Shown piece by piece: positions 1 to 9,802 of a stretch of 64,000 bases of DNA (the stretch's first letter is position 1; the number at the start of each line of letters is the position of its first letter). Origin of the DNA: Candidatus Fervidifonticultor secundus (GTDB lineage: Bacteria > Sysuimicrobiota > Sysuimicrobiia > Sysuimicrobiales > Humicultoraceae); NCBI GenBank assembly GCA_031459385.1, contig JAVKIP010000001.1, positions 128,001 to 192,000 of the forward strand. Reading direction: 5' to 3'. Below the pieces are notes generated by a model, which was not told where the DNA came from, did no database searches, and saw nothing but the letters and a program-made list of their open reading frames with translations. Both the position numbers and the translations under genes were made by a program.

Positions 1-703
1 GCGCGTCGGCCCGGGCCGCCGGCGCGTCGGCGGCCAGCTGGCGCGCCAGGACGGCGATGCCGACCAGCACGCCCGCGTAGACGACGAGGGTGATCCCCTG
101 GGCGGTGCGGTTGAGGGTGGCCAACGTCTGGCTCGTCAGCTCCAGCCCCGACAGCGCCAGCCCCAGCACCGGCAGTACCGGCGCGCCGCAGCCGATGACG
201 CTGCACGGCAGCGTGGAGAACCCCACGGTGGATAGCAGCGCCCCGGCCGCGCCGGCGCGCCCGCCTCCTGCGGCGGCGGACGGCGCCGCGCACGCGCGCA
301 GCCGGTCGCGGCGCGCGTACCAGAGGGCGAAGTAAGTACCGAACAGCAACGAGAGCATCACCCACCGCGCCACGTCGCGCACCGTGGCCGTATACCCCCA
401 TTCGGCATCGTCGTGGGTGCCGGATGCGATCACCCAGTAGAGCGCGGCGTTCCAGACGAACTGGGCTTTGCGCTGCCAGGTCGCCTCGTCGGAGGCCAGC
501 CACGCCGGCAGGTTCCGCAGCCAGGGGTTGATGGACACGTGATCCCACGGCTTCCGGGCCACCGCCAGCACTACCGGCGGCAGCGCGACGTTGACGAGGA
601 ACACGGCCACCACCACGGCAGCGAACACCCGACGGCGTTCGCGCACGGCGCAGCCGATGCCGGCCAGGGCGCGGCCGCTGGCACGCACCACCTGACGTCC
701 CAT
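1..703 (-). CDS. Hypothetical integral membrane protein, runs off the left edge of the window
   Basis: Read by hand, not in the ORF track. ATG at 703 with a GGGGAGGGG SD-like motif; open frame MGRQVVRASG...VFAAVVVAVFLVNVALPPVVLAV...FSTLPCSVIGCGAPVLPVLGLAL with several hydrophobic segments and no stop before base 1. Confidence 0.75.
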   Translation of the reverse strand, partial: MGRQVVRASGRALAGIGCAVRERRRVFAAVVVAVFLVNVALPPVVLAVARKPWDHVSINPWLRNLPAWLASDEATWQRKAQFVWNAALYWVIASGTHDDAEWGYTATVRDVARWVMLSLLFGTYFALWYARRDRLRACAAPSAAAGGGRAGAAGALLSTVGFSTLPCSVIGCGAPVLPVLGLALSGLELTSQTLATLNRTAQGITLVVYAGVLVGIAVLARQLAADAPAARADA

Positions 704-777
704 CGGGTTCCCCTCCCCATCCGGACGAGGCTGTGGTCCCCTGGCTACGTTTGATTCTAGCGCGCGCCGGGGGCCCC

Positions 778-1485
778 TCACCCCCGGATCGTCCGCATGA
801 CCTCGTCGTCGGCCAGGGCCTGGCGCGGCGTGCCGCTGAAGATGATCTCGCCGCGGTCGATGACGTAGAGACGATCGGCGACCCGCGCGGCAGTCATGAC
901 GTTCGACTCGGCCACGAGCAGCGAGGTCCCCGCCGCCTTGATCTGCTTCACGGCGTCGGCGAACCGGTTGACGACCACGGGGGCGAGCCCTTCGAACGCC
1001 TCGTCCAGCAGCAGGAGCGTCGGCCCCGTGGCCATCGCGCGGCTGATGGCGACCATCTTCTTCTCGCCGCCGCTCAGCAGCAGGCCGCGGCGGTGCATCA
1101 GCCGGTCGAGTTCCGGGAACAGCGTGCGGATCAGCGCCACGCGGTCGCCGCCGCCGTCGCCGCGGGTACTGCCGGCCATCCAGTGCCCGATGGCCAGGTG
1201 CTCGGCCACCGTCAGGTCGGGGAAGAGCCCGCAGTCCTCCGGCGCGTAGCCCAGGCCCAGCCGCGCCCGGGCATGGGGGGGCAGCCCCGTGATCGCCCGG
1301 TCCCGAAACGAGATCTCTCCGGCGCGCACGGGCAGCAGGCCCATGATGGCGTCCAGGGTGGTCGTCTTGCCGGCCCCGTTGCGGCCCACCAGGCACACGA
1401 TCTCGCCCTCCCCGACGGTGAGCGAGACGCCCCGCAGCACGTGGGCCGGGCCCCGGTAAGCGTGCAGCTGGCGGACGTCGAGCAT
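778..1485 (-). CDS. livF: Branched-chain amino acid-type ABC transporter ATP-binding protein (LivF-like)
   Basis: Walker A GRNGAGKTT, signature LSGGEKKM, Walker B LLLLDE; last gene of the liv-type cassette. Confidence 0.9.
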   Translation of the reverse strand: MLDVRQLHAYRGPAHVLRGVSLTVGEGEIVCLVGRNGAGKTTTLDAIMGLLPVRAGEISFRDRAITGLPPHARARLGLGYAPEDCGLFPDLTVAEHLAIGHWMAGSTRGDGGGDRVALIRTLFPELDRLMHRRGLLLSGGEKKMVAISRAMATGPTLLLLDEAFEGLAPVVVNRFADAVKQIKAAGTSLLVAESNVMTAARVADRLYVIDRGEIIFSGTPRQALADDEVMRTIRG

Positions 1486-1487
1486 GG

Positions 1488-2234
1488 CTAGTACCGCCCC
1501 AGCAGCGTGGTGGCCACCCGCTCGTCCTCGCGGATCTGCTGCGGGGGGCCGTCGGCCAGGATCTGGCCCTGGTGCATCACCACGATGCGGTCCGAGTAGG
1601 TGAAGACGATGTCCATGTCGTGCTCGACGATGACGGCGGTGAGCCCGCCTTCGCGGCAGACGCCGGACACCGTATCCATGATCCGGCCCTTCTCGCGGGT
1701 GCCCACGCCGCTAGTCGGCTCGTCGAGCAGGATCAGCTGCGGCCGCAGCGCGTAGGCCACGGCGACGTCCAGCAGCTTGCGCTCGCCCTGCGCCAGGCTC
1801 GCCGCCGGCAGATGCCACTTGGGGAGCAGCCCGAACTGCTCCAGGATCGCCATGGCCTCATCGCGGGCGGCCGCGTCGCGCTCGGCCAGCGCGGTGGCCG
1901 TGCGGATCTTGCCGTCGCGGGCGAAGACGGCCAGGCGCACGTTGTCCAGGGCTGTCAGCTGGTCGAACAGGTTGACGAGCTGGAAACTGCGGGCGATGCC
2001 GGCGCGGATGCGCTGCGGGACCGGCTGGTACGTGACGTCGGCGCCCTGGAAGACGATACGGCCGCTGTCGGGCGCCAGCAGGCCGCTGACCAGGTTGACC
2101 AGAGTCGTCTTTCCCGCGCCGTTGGCGCCGACGAGCGAGACGAGTTCGCGCGGGTGGATCGTCAGGCTGACGTCGTCCACAGCGCGCGTCTCGCCAAAGC
2201 GCTTGTGCAGGTGCTCGGTGACCAGCAGCGCCAC
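1488..2234 (-). CDS. livG: Branched-chain amino acid-type ABC transporter ATP-binding protein (LivG-like)
   Basis: GANGAGKTT, GIARSFQ, LILLDEP, VEHDM motifs. Confidence 0.9.
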   Translation of the reverse strand: MALLVTEHLHKRFGETRAVDDVSLTIHPRELVSLVGANGAGKTTLVNLVSGLLAPDSGRIVFQGADVTYQPVPQRIRAGIARSFQLVNLFDQLTALDNVRLAVFARDGKIRTATALAERDAAARDEAMAILEQFGLLPKWHLPAASLAQGERKLLDVAVAYALRPQLILLDEPTSGVGTREKGRIMDTVSGVCREGGLTAVIVEHDMDIVFTYSDRIVVMHQGQILADGPPQQIREDERVATTLLGRY

Positions 2235-2235
2235 G

Positions 2236-3258
2236 TCAGGTCCTCCGCAGTCGCGCCGCCAGGCGGGCGCCGGCGCCGATCAGGCCGGTCGGCATCGTCA
2301 GGACCAGGAGGACCAGCACCATCCCCAGCACGGCCTGCCAGTAGGTGGCGTAGCCGACCGCGTACGCCTCCAGGTGGTTGAACACGGCCGCGCCCACCAG
2401 CGGCCCCACGAAGCTCTGGAAACCTCCCAGCACGGTCATGAAGACGATGCGGCCCGAGAACGGCCAGTAGAGCACGTCGGGCGTGACGTGGCCGTTGAGC
2501 GGTGCCCACAAGGCGCCCGCCACACCGGTGAACGCTCCCGACAGCACGAACGCCACCAGCCGGTAGGCGCGCACCGGGACGCCCACGAACTCGGCGCGCA
2601 CCTCGTTGTCGCGGACCGCCTGCAGGGCTTTCCCGAAGGGCGAGTGGACGATGAGCCACATGGCGCCCACGCAAAGCGCGAAGACCGCCAGCACGTAGTA
2701 GTAGTAGGTCGTGGCCAGAAAGGTGAGCTTGTCCTGCGGCGCGCCTAGCAGCCCTCCCAGCAGCATCGGCGTCGGCACGCGGATGCCGTCGGTGCCGCCG
2801 GTGATCCAGAACAGCTTGATCGCCAGGCCCCACAGCACCTGCGAGAGCGCCAGGGCCAGGATCGAGAAGAAGATACGCGTGTAGCGCACGCACACCACGC
2901 CGAACACCACCGCCACCAGCAGGCTCGAGAGGAAGCCGGCAGCCAGGAACGCCTCCATGGAGGTCAGGCCCAGGTACCGCATCGAGAAGGCGGTCGTGTA
3001 GGCGGCGGTGCCGAAGAACGCCGAGTGGCCGAACGAGAGGAGGCCGGTGTAGCCCAGGAGCAGGTTGAAGGCCAGGGCGGTGATGCCGGCGATCAGGCCG
3101 TACGACAGCAGGATGCGCTGGAACGGGGGCACCTGGGGAATGAAGGGGAGCGCGACGAGGAGGACGGCCAGGGCTGCCACGTAGCCGCCGGTCCGGCCCA
3201 GCGCGCGCGGGCGGGCGGGCCGGGGGATTGCCTCGGTGGACGCCGCGCCGCGGTTCAT
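2236..3258 (-). CDS. livM: Branched-chain amino acid-type ABC permease (LivM-like)
   Basis: True start is the ATG at 3258 overlapping the livH stop (ATGA); LLLGYTGLLSFGHSAFFG and SPFGKALQAVRDNE motifs. Confidence 0.9.
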   Translation of the reverse strand: MNRGAASTEAIPRPARPRALGRTGGYVAALAVLLVALPFIPQVPPFQRILLSYGLIAGITALAFNLLLGYTGLLSFGHSAFFGTAAYTTAFSMRYLGLTSMEAFLAAGFLSSLLVAVVFGVVCVRYTRIFFSILALALSQVLWGLAIKLFWITGGTDGIRVPTPMLLGGLLGAPQDKLTFLATTYYYYVLAVFALCVGAMWLIVHSPFGKALQAVRDNEVRAEFVGVPVRAYRLVAFVLSGAFTGVAGALWAPLNGHVTPDVLYWPFSGRIVFMTVLGGFQSFVGPLVGAAVFNHLEAYAVGYATYWQAVLGMVLVLLVLTMPTGLIGAGARLAARLRRT

Positions 3259-4145
3259 GCGCGCCGCGCCTCGCGCCCGCCGAAGAGCCCGCTCGGACGC
3301 GTGATCAGCACCACGGCCGCGATGAGGTAGAGGACGGCCAGCTCTAGCTCCGGGAAGTACTGGATCGCCGCGGTGCGGACCAACCCGACGATCGCAGCGC
3401 CGACCAGGGCGCCCTCCAGGCTCCCCAGGCCACCGATCGTCACCGCCACGAAGGCCAGGATCAGGGCCTCCACGCCCATGCCCAGCACCGCGCCCTGGAT
3501 CGGCACGATGACCGCGCCGGCCAGCCCGGCCATGAAGCAGCCCAGGATGAACGCCTGCAGGTAGACCCGCCGCACGTCGATCCCCAACGCGGCCGCCATG
3601 CGCATATCCTGCGAGGTGGCCCGCAGGAGCACACCGAAGCGCGTACGGTAGACGAACGCCCACAGCAGCACCGCCGCCACCAGGCCGATGAGGATGACCA
3701 GCAGGTTGTAGGTCGGGTAGGGCGAGCCGAAGACCACGACCGGGTGGAACGAGGACCACAGCGCCGTGGCCGACAGCGGCGTCGGGCCCCAGATGAAGCG
3801 CATGAGGTCTTCGAGCAGCAGGAGCAGACCGAAGGTCATCAGCAGCTGGTACTCCTCCGCGCGCCGGTACAACGGGCGCAGGAACACGGGCTCGATGAGC
3901 GCGCCCGCTGCCGCCACCGCGGCCGCGGCCAGCGGCAGCACCGCCAGCAGCGCGGGTGCCGGCAGGCGCGCCGCCAGACCGCCTACCGTCCACGCCATGA
4001 CGTACGCGCCCACGGCGTAGAGGCTGCCGTGGGCGAGGTTCACGATGCGCATGACGCCGTAGATCAGGCTGAGCCCGCCGGCGATGAGGAAGAGGATCGC
4101 CGCGTACAGGAGGGCGTTGAGCAGCTGGACCGACAGAATGCCCAT
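3255..4145 (-). CDS. livH: Branched-chain amino acid-type ABC permease (LivH-like)
   Basis: GLSLIYGVMRIVNLAHG and IGGLGSLEGA motifs; hydrophobic. Confidence 0.9.
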   Translation of the reverse strand: MGILSVQLLNALLYAAILFLIAGGLSLIYGVMRIVNLAHGSLYAVGAYVMAWTVGGLAARLPAPALLAVLPLAAAAVAAAGALIEPVFLRPLYRRAEEYQLLMTFGLLLLLEDLMRFIWGPTPLSATALWSSFHPVVVFGSPYPTYNLLVILIGLVAAVLLWAFVYRTRFGVLLRATSQDMRMAAALGIDVRRVYLQAFILGCFMAGLAGAVIVPIQGAVLGMGVEALILAFVAVTIGGLGSLEGALVGAAIVGLVRTAAIQYFPELELAVLYLIAAVVLITRPSGLFGGREARRA

Positions 4146-4223
4146 GCGGTCTCCCGGCGCCGGGCCGAGCCCGGAGGGTGCTACTGCTGATTCCGCGCGC
4201 GTCCGAGGGGTCCTGCGCGGCGC

Positions 4224-5324
4224 CTAGTCCATGACGACGATGGCGCGGCCGACGATCTCGCCCCGGTCGAGCGCCGCGTAGGCGGCCGGCGCCGCGTACA
4301 GCGGCACGCGCCGGGTGATGGTGCGCTGCGGCGCCACCGCCCCTGCCCGCGCCAGGCCCAGCAGTGCCGGCATGTCTCCCCGCACGCGGGCGCCGTACGA
4401 CCCGATCAGGCGCACGCTGCGCCGCACGAGCCGCGTGATCTCCACGGGCACCGTCGCGTCGTGGGGCGCGATGCCGACGACGACCACGCGGCCGCCGTCC
4501 CGGACCGCCGCCAGGGCCTGGCGCACGGTCTCGGGGCGGCCCAGGGCTTCGAACGCCACGTCCACGCCGCGGCCCCCGGTGCCGTCGCGGATGGCGGCGG
4601 CCACGTCGGTGCGGGCCGCGTGCACCGTGTGCGTGGCGCCCAGCGCGCGCGCAGCCTCGAGCTTGTCGTCGCGGACGTCCACGGCGATGATGGGCGTGGC
4701 ACCGAAGGCCCGGGCCACCTGCACGAGGTTGGTCCCCACCCCACCCGTGGCGACGACCGCAACCGCCTCGCCCGGGCGCAGGTCGGCCTGGTGGCGCACC
4801 GCGCCGTAGGCCGTCAGCAGCGCGCAGCCCAGCAGGCAGGCGTCGGGTACCGGCACCTCCGGCGGCAGCGGGAAGACGTCGGTGGCCGGCACGACGGCGT
4901 ACTCGGCCAGCCCGCCCATGCTGTACATGGCCAGCGGGGTGCCGTCATGGCGGTACAGGCGCGTCGTGCCGTCGTAGAGCACCCCGCGCACGCGGTTCAT
5001 CTCGAAGAACGTCTCGCAGAGGTCGTCGCGCCCCTGGGCGCAGAACGTGCACATCCCGCACGGCATGATGAAGGCGCTGACCACAGGGGTGCCCACCGGC
5101 GGGCCGACGACGCCCGGCCCCAGGGCGGCCACCGTGCCTGAGATCTCGTGCCCCAGCACCGCGGGCGCGGGAAACCTGACCTCACCCTTGATGACGTGGA
5201 GGTCGGTATGGCAGACGCCGCACGCCGCCACTTTGACCAGGACCTCGCCCGCCTGGGGACGCGGGACGGGGATCTCTTCCACCCGCAGCGGTGCCCCGAC
5301 CTCGGCGAGGACCACGGCCCGCAT
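4224..5324 (-). CDS. Zinc-dependent alcohol dehydrogenase (MDR family)
   Basis: CHTD, GHE, structural Zn motif CGMCTFC..GRDDLC, Rossmann-like TGGVG. Confidence 0.9.
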   Translation of the reverse strand: MRAVVLAEVGAPLRVEEIPVPRPQAGEVLVKVAACGVCHTDLHVIKGEVRFPAPAVLGHEISGTVAALGPGVVGPPVGTPVVSAFIMPCGMCTFCAQGRDDLCETFFEMNRVRGVLYDGTTRLYRHDGTPLAMYSMGGLAEYAVVPATDVFPLPPEVPVPDACLLGCALLTAYGAVRHQADLRPGEAVAVVATGGVGTNLVQVARAFGATPIIAVDVRDDKLEAARALGATHTVHAARTDVAAAIRDGTGGRGVDVAFEALGRPETVRQALAAVRDGGRVVVVGIAPHDATVPVEITRLVRRSVRLIGSYGARVRGDMPALLGLARAGAVAPQRTITRRVPLYAAPAAYAALDRGEIVGRAIVVMD

Positions 5325-5394
5325 AGACGTGGGGAGAATACGGCCGGCCAGCCGGGATCTCCTACCGGCGAGAGGTGACGCGGTGCGGTGGGGG

Positions 5395-5865
5395 TTACTT
5401 GGAGTGCTTATCGGCCACCTTGGTGGCGCCGTAGGCGTCGGGCTTGATCACGGCGGCGTACCCCGAGCCCGACACCATGCCGACGACCTCGCGGATGATC
5501 TGCCGGGTCTCGCCCTGCTGCCCGACGTCCAGGTGGATCTCGACCGGCAGCCTGGAGAGGCCGTTGCGGGCCAGCGCCGTGGTGATCAGGTGGGCGGCTT
5601 CCAGCGACAGCGACGTCTCGAAGAGGATCCGCTGCCGCAGGCTCTCGATCTTCCGGTTCCGGAACTTGCGGTAGAAGTACCGTCCGCCGTGCCCGACGCG
5701 GTGGATGATCACCGCCGTGACGAACGTGGTGTCGTCGGACAGCAGGGAGTCGGTGCCGATGATGAGGTGGTAGTGCTGGTCGGGTTCGCTCTTCATGTAG
5801 CCGACCAGCTGCCGGAACATCTCCTCGAACGACATTCGCCCCTGTGAGGGGCTGACGAACTCCAT
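5395..5865 (-). CDS. RNase H-like YkuK (DUF458) family protein
   Basis: IIGTDS, GGRYFY, EIHLDVG and IKPDAYGATKVADKH motifs typical of YkuK. Confidence 0.8.
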   Translation of the reverse strand: MEFVSPSQGRMSFEEMFRQLVGYMKSEPDQHYHLIIGTDSLLSDDTTFVTAVIIHRVGHGGRYFYRKFRNRKIESLRQRILFETSLSLEAAHLITTALARNGLSRLPVEIHLDVGQQGETRQIIREVVGMVSGSGYAAVIKPDAYGATKVADKHSK

Positions 5866-5928
5866 CGCGATCGCCTCAGCGCCAGTATAGCGCGCCCTGG
5901 CCCCCGCACGAAAGGCCGCCCGGCGCGC

Positions 5929-6525
5929 TTACAGATCGCGCCGGCCTTCCAGCGCCCGCGCCAGCGTCACCTCGTCGGCGTACTCCAGGTCGCCGCCCAC
6001 CGGCAGCCCGTGCGCGATGCGCGTCACGCGCACGCCCAGCGGCTTCAGGACCCGTGCCAGGTAGATCGCCGTGGCCTCGCCCTCGACGCGGGGGTTGGTG
6101 GCGATGATCACCTCCTCGATGCCCCCGGCCCGGACGCGCTCGATGAGCTGGGGGATCTTCAGGTCATCGGGCCCGATGCCGTCCAGCGGCGAGATCGCCC
6201 CACCCAGGACGTGATAGCGGCCGCGGAACTCCCGGGTGCGCTCCAGCGCCAGCACGTCGCGCGGATCCTCGACGACGCACAGGACGGTGGCCTGCCGCGC
6301 GGGGTTGGCGCAGATGACGCACGGGTCGACATCGGTGATCCCGAAGCAGACAGAGCAGTACCGCATCCTGGCCTTCACGTCGACGATGGCCTCGGCCAGC
6401 GCGCGGGCCTCCTCGGGAGGCAGGCGCAGGATGTGGAACGCCAGCCGCTGGGCCGTCTTGGGCCCCACGGTCGGCATCTTCGTGAGCTCGTCCAGCAACC
6501 GCTGCAGCGGTTCGGGGAACTCCAT
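5929..6525 (-). CDS. recR: Recombination mediator RecR
   Basis: Hh[12 protein letters not shown]4 zinc finger, Toprim [16 protein letters not shown]; dnaX-ybaB-recR synteny. Confidence 0.97.
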   Translation of the reverse strand: MEFPEPLQRLLDELTKMPTVGPKTAQRLAFHILRLPPEEARALAEAIVDVKARMRYCSVCFGITDVDPCVICANPARQATVLCVVEDPRDVLALERTREFRGRYHVLGGAISPLDGIGPDDLKIPQLIERVRAGGIEEVIIATNPRVEGEATAIYLARVLKPLGVRVTRIAHGLPVGGDLEYADEVTLARALEGRRDL

Positions 6526-6546
6526 GCGTCGGCGGGCGCGGGCCGG

Positions 6547-6867
6547 CTACCGCAGCCGGCCCGGTAGCCCCAGGTCGCCGGTGACGGCTTTCATACGCGC
6601 CTCGGCCAGGGCCCGCGCGTTGCGCTGCGCCTCGGTCACCGCCGCCACCACCAGGTCCTGCAGAAGGGCGACGTCGGCGGGATCGACCGCCGCCGGATCG
6701 ATGGTCAGCGCCAGCAGCTCGCCGTGCCCGTTGGCCACGGCCCTGACCACGCCGCCGCCCGCCGAGGCCTCCACGCGCGCCCCGGCCAGCTCCTCCTGCA
6801 CGCGCTCCATCTCCGCCTGCAGCTTCTGGACCTGCTTCATCATCTTGCCCATGTTGCCCAGTCCCAT
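6547..6867 (-). CDS. ybaB: YbaB/EbfC nucleoid-associated protein
   Basis: MMKQVQKLQ..M...QEEL, ASAGGG.V, LQDLVVAA; ATG at 6867 with GGAGG SD; lies between dnaX and recR. Confidence 0.93.
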   Translation of the reverse strand: MGLGNMGKMMKQVQKLQAEMERVQEELAGARVEASAGGGVVRAVANGHGELLALTIDPAAVDPADVALLQDLVVAAVTEAQRNARALAEARMKAVTGDLGLPGRLR

Positions 6868-6896
6868 CGGCACCCTCCGTCTGCAGGCCGGCGCGC

Positions 6897-8753
6897 TCAG
6901 CCCGCTGGCCGCTCGTCGATGATCTCGGCGCCGAACAGCTCCTGGGCGCGCGCCACCAGCGCCGCCGCCTCAGGCGCCGCGGGGCCGTCGCGCCGCGGTC
7001 CCGCGTCCTCGGGTGGAGCCGACGCGTGGGACGGGGGCACGGCCTGGCCGGAAGGCGCCGGGATTGCACCGGCAGCCGACGCGCCGGGCGCGGCGCCTGC
7101 AGCCCCCTCGGGACCGTCCACCAGCCGGCACTGGAACCGGAGCGGGTACCCCAGCACCCGCTGCAGCGCCGCCTCCACGACGTCCCGGTTCTCCGGGCGG
7201 TGGAGGTTCTCGACGTGGAAGTTGTACGCCGAGCGCAGCGCCACGATCAGGGTACCGTGCTGGACCTCCAGCGGTGTCCCCTCGATCAACAGCGCGTGGC
7301 AGAGCATCTTCCGACGCTTGATGTCCTCGAGCACGCGCGCCCACTGCCGCCGGACCTCCTCGATGGTCACGGAGCGGGGGTCGCGGCCCTCCGGCACCCC
7401 ACCTCCGCCGGCCGCGAGGGCGCCTGTGGCCGGTGCGGCGGCCGGCGGGGCCGACGGCGGCGCGGGTGCGACGGCATCGCCTGCGGCCGGGCCTGTGGCC
7501 TCGTCGCGGGGCTGCGGGGAGGCCGGCGCGGGGCGCGATGGCGATGCGGGGCCGGCGGGCGCCGTGGGCCTGGACGTCCGTCCGGCCTCCTGCGCCGGCC
7601 CGCCGGCGCTGCGGCCCTCCAGGCGCTCCAGCCGGGCTACGACGCCTTCCAGCGTGGGGTCCATCTCCGGCCGGGCCAGCCGGATCACCGCCACCTCCAG
7701 CGCGAGCCGCGGCTGCGTGTTCCACCGCGCGTCTGCCACCGCCTCGTTGAGCACGCGCACCGCGCGCAGCAGGTCGGGAATCGCCACGCCGCCGGTCTGC
7801 GCCCGCAGGCGTGCAAAGCGCTCCTGCGGAGCGTCGAGGATGGCGGCCGCGTCGTCCCCGCACGTCTTCACCAGCAGGAGATCGCGCGCGTACTCCAGCA
7901 GCGTCCGCAGCAGCTGACGCGGGTCCTTGCCCGCGTCGGTGGCGTCCTGGGCCAGCCGCAGGGCTGCGGCCACGTCCCGCGCGATCACCGCGTCGACCAG
8001 CCCCGCGGCGGTCTCCTCGTCCACCAGGCCCAGGACACTGGTGACCAGGTCGCGGGCGATCGGCCCGTCGGCGTAGGCGCTGAGCTGGTCGAGGATCGAC
8101 TCGGCGTCGCGCACCGAGCCGTCGGCGCTGCGCGCGATCTGGACCAGCGCCGCGTCGTCGATCTCCAGGCGCTCCTGGCTCGCGATCGTCCGCAGCCGTC
8201 CGACGATCTCGGAGAACGAGACCCGGCGGAAGTCGAACCGCTGGCAGCGCGAGAGCACTGTCGGGGGGATCCGGTGGGGTTCGGTCGTCACCAGGATGAA
8301 CACCGCGTGGGCCGGCGGCTCCTCCAGCGTCTTCAGCAGGGCGTTGAAGGCGCTGGTGGACAGCATGTGGACCTCGTCGATGATGTAGACCTTGTAGCGG
8401 CTCTGGGCCGGGGCGAGGACGATCTTCTCCTTGAGATCGCGGATGTCGTCGACGCTGGTGTTGCTGGCGCCGTCGATCTCGATGACGTCCATGCTGACGC
8501 CGCGGGCGATGGCCTCGCAGGAGACGCACTGGTTGCACGGCGTGGGCGTGGGGCCCCGGGCGCAGTTGAGGGCTTTGGCGACGAGGCGCGCGGTCGTGGT
8601 CTTCCCCGTGCCGCGGTGGCCGGCGAACAGGTAGGCGTGGCTGGTCCGGCCCGCGCGGATGGCGTTCTGCAGGGTCCGCGTGATGCGTTCCTGCCCGACG
8701 ATCTCCTCGAACGTCTGCGGTCGCCAGCGGCGATAGAGCGAGACGTGGGTCAC
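6897..8753 (-). CDS. dnaX: DNA polymerase III subunit gamma/tau
   Basis: GTG start at 8753 (GAGGTG SD); LYRRWRPQTF, GHRGTGKTT, IIDEVHML, SRC motifs; Pro/Ala-rich linker and C-terminal domain. Confidence 0.95.
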   Translation of the reverse strand: MTHVSLYRRWRPQTFEEIVGQERITRTLQNAIRAGRTSHAYLFAGHRGTGKTTTARLVAKALNCARGPTPTPCNQCVSCEAIARGVSMDVIEIDGASNTSVDDIRDLKEKIVLAPAQSRYKVYIIDEVHMLSTSAFNALLKTLEEPPAHAVFILVTTEPHRIPPTVLSRCQRFDFRRVSFSEIVGRLRTIASQERLEIDDAALVQIARSADGSVRDAESILDQLSAYADGPIARDLVTSVLGLVDEETAAGLVDAVIARDVAAALRLAQDATDAGKDPRQLLRTLLEYARDLLLVKTCGDDAAAILDAPQERFARLRAQTGGVAIPDLLRAVRVLNEAVADARWNTQPRLALEVAVIRLARPEMDPTLEGVVARLERLEGRSAGGPAQEAGRTSRPTAPAGPASPSRPAPASPQPRDEATGPAAGDAVAPAPPSAPPAAAPATGALAAGGGGVPEGRDPRSVTIEEVRRQWARVLEDIKRRKMLCHALLIEGTPLEVQHGTLIVALRSAYNFHVENLHRPENRDVVEAALQRVLGYPLRFQCRLVDGPEGAAGAAPGASAAGAIPAPSGQAVPPSHASAPPEDAGPRRDGPAAPEAAALVARAQELFGAEIIDERPAG

Positions 8754-8834
8754 GATACGGCACCTCGGCCCGATGTACTTCGGCGCGGCCCGGCGCCCTC
8801 CTTGCCGCGCAGGGCCATCCCCGCTACGCTCTGG

Positions 8835-9668
8835 ATGGTGCCTGCGGCGCTCTACCCCCTGCCGAATGCGACCGCCGCCACGGCCGTGCTGCTCGTGGCG
8901 GCCGCCGGTCTGGCGCTCCCTGTCTACCTGCTCTTCTACCGCCCGATCGGGAGCGATCGCATCTGGGGACTCGCGGAGATCGGCGCCATCTCCATCCTCT
9001 TCATGCTGACGCTGCCCATGGCGTTCGCTCTGGCGGGTGTTGCCGAGCCGCTGACACTCACCGACTTCAGCGCCGCGACTCTGGCGCAGAACGGCCTCTT
9101 TGTGATCCTGTCGGTCTACGTGGTCGCCGTCCGGTACCGGCTGGATCTCGGGCGCCTGGGCCTGCGGGTGGCTGCCTGGCCGCGCCACGCGGCGCTGGGG
9201 GCGCTGGTGGCCGGCCTGACCGTACCCATGGCGATGGCCGCCGAAGAGATGGCGGTCTTCGCGTTCGGCCTCGTGGAAGGCCCGGCCCGGGCCGCCGCGC
9301 GCGCCGCAGCGGAACATCTGGACGACCCGCTGCTGCCCCTGCTGTCGGCGGTGGGCGGGCCGGTCGAGGCGGCTTGGTTCCTGGCGCTGCTGGTGGTGGT
9401 CGTGCCCGTCGGCGAGGAGGTGTTCTTCCGCGGGTTCGTCTACGGCGCGCTCCGGGCCCGGTGGGGTGTGCCGGTGGCCGCGGCGACGAGCGCCCTGTTC
9501 TTCACCGCCGTCCACCTCCAGGTGGTCCACGCGCTGCCGATCTTCCTCCTGGGCCTGGTGCTGGCCGTGCTCTACGAGCGCACGGGGACGCTGCTCCCCG
9601 CGGTCATCGCCCACGCCGTGAACAACGTCGTCGCCGTGGTGGCGATGTGGCGAGGGTGGGGGTGGTGA
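8835..9668 (+). CDS. CPBP (CAAX protease-like) intramembrane metalloprotease
   Basis: EEVFFRG, F...H and HAVNN motifs in a polytopic membrane protein. Start uncertain (ATG 8835 or TTG 8802). Confidence 0.85.
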   Translation: MVPAALYPLPNATAATAVLLVAAAGLALPVYLLFYRPIGSDRIWGLAEIGAISILFMLTLPMAFALAGVAEPLTLTDFSAATLAQNGLFVILSVYVVAVRYRLDLGRLGLRVAAWPRHAALGALVAGLTVPMAMAAEEMAVFAFGLVEGPARAAARAAAEHLDDPLLPLLSAVGGPVEAAWFLALLVVVVPVGEEVFFRGFVYGALRARWGVPVAAATSALFFTAVHLQVVHALPIFLLGLVLAVLYERTGTLLPAVIAHAVNNVVAVVAMWRGWGW

Positions 9669-9723
9669 GCCGGGGATGGGGAACGACGGAGCGTGGCCTG
9701 CGCCGCCCTGCGCCTGGGCGGTC

Positions 9724-9752
9724 TTGACAAGCCCGCGGGCAACATTCAATTT
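9724..9752 (+). promoter_or_regulatory. Probable sigma70-type promoter for the NEW3/ABC operon
   Basis: Perfect TTGACA at 9724-9729 followed by an AT-rich stretch (TTCAATTT) about 16-17 nt downstream; the -10 match is imperfect. Confidence 0.45.
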
Positions 9753-9802
9753 GTAGGTTTCGGGGAAGTCCTGCGCACTGGAAAGCCACGCGGAGGTGGG
9801 TT

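Noticed and set aside
6897..8753. Programmed frameshift or slippage site in dnaX producing gamma
   Set aside because: I saw no A-AAA-AAG heptamer or long poly-A run in the coding strand.
8754..8834. SRP RNA (ffs), often found upstream of dnaX
   Set aside because: The gap is only about 80 bp and lacks the conserved SRP domain IV motif.
6897..9749. 950-aa and 880-aa overlapping ORFs suggesting a DnaX N-terminal fusion or a giant antisense gene
   Set aside because: These are stop-poor shadows of high-GC coding sequence. dnaX starts at 8753 and the CPBP protease occupies only 8835-9668 on the other strand.
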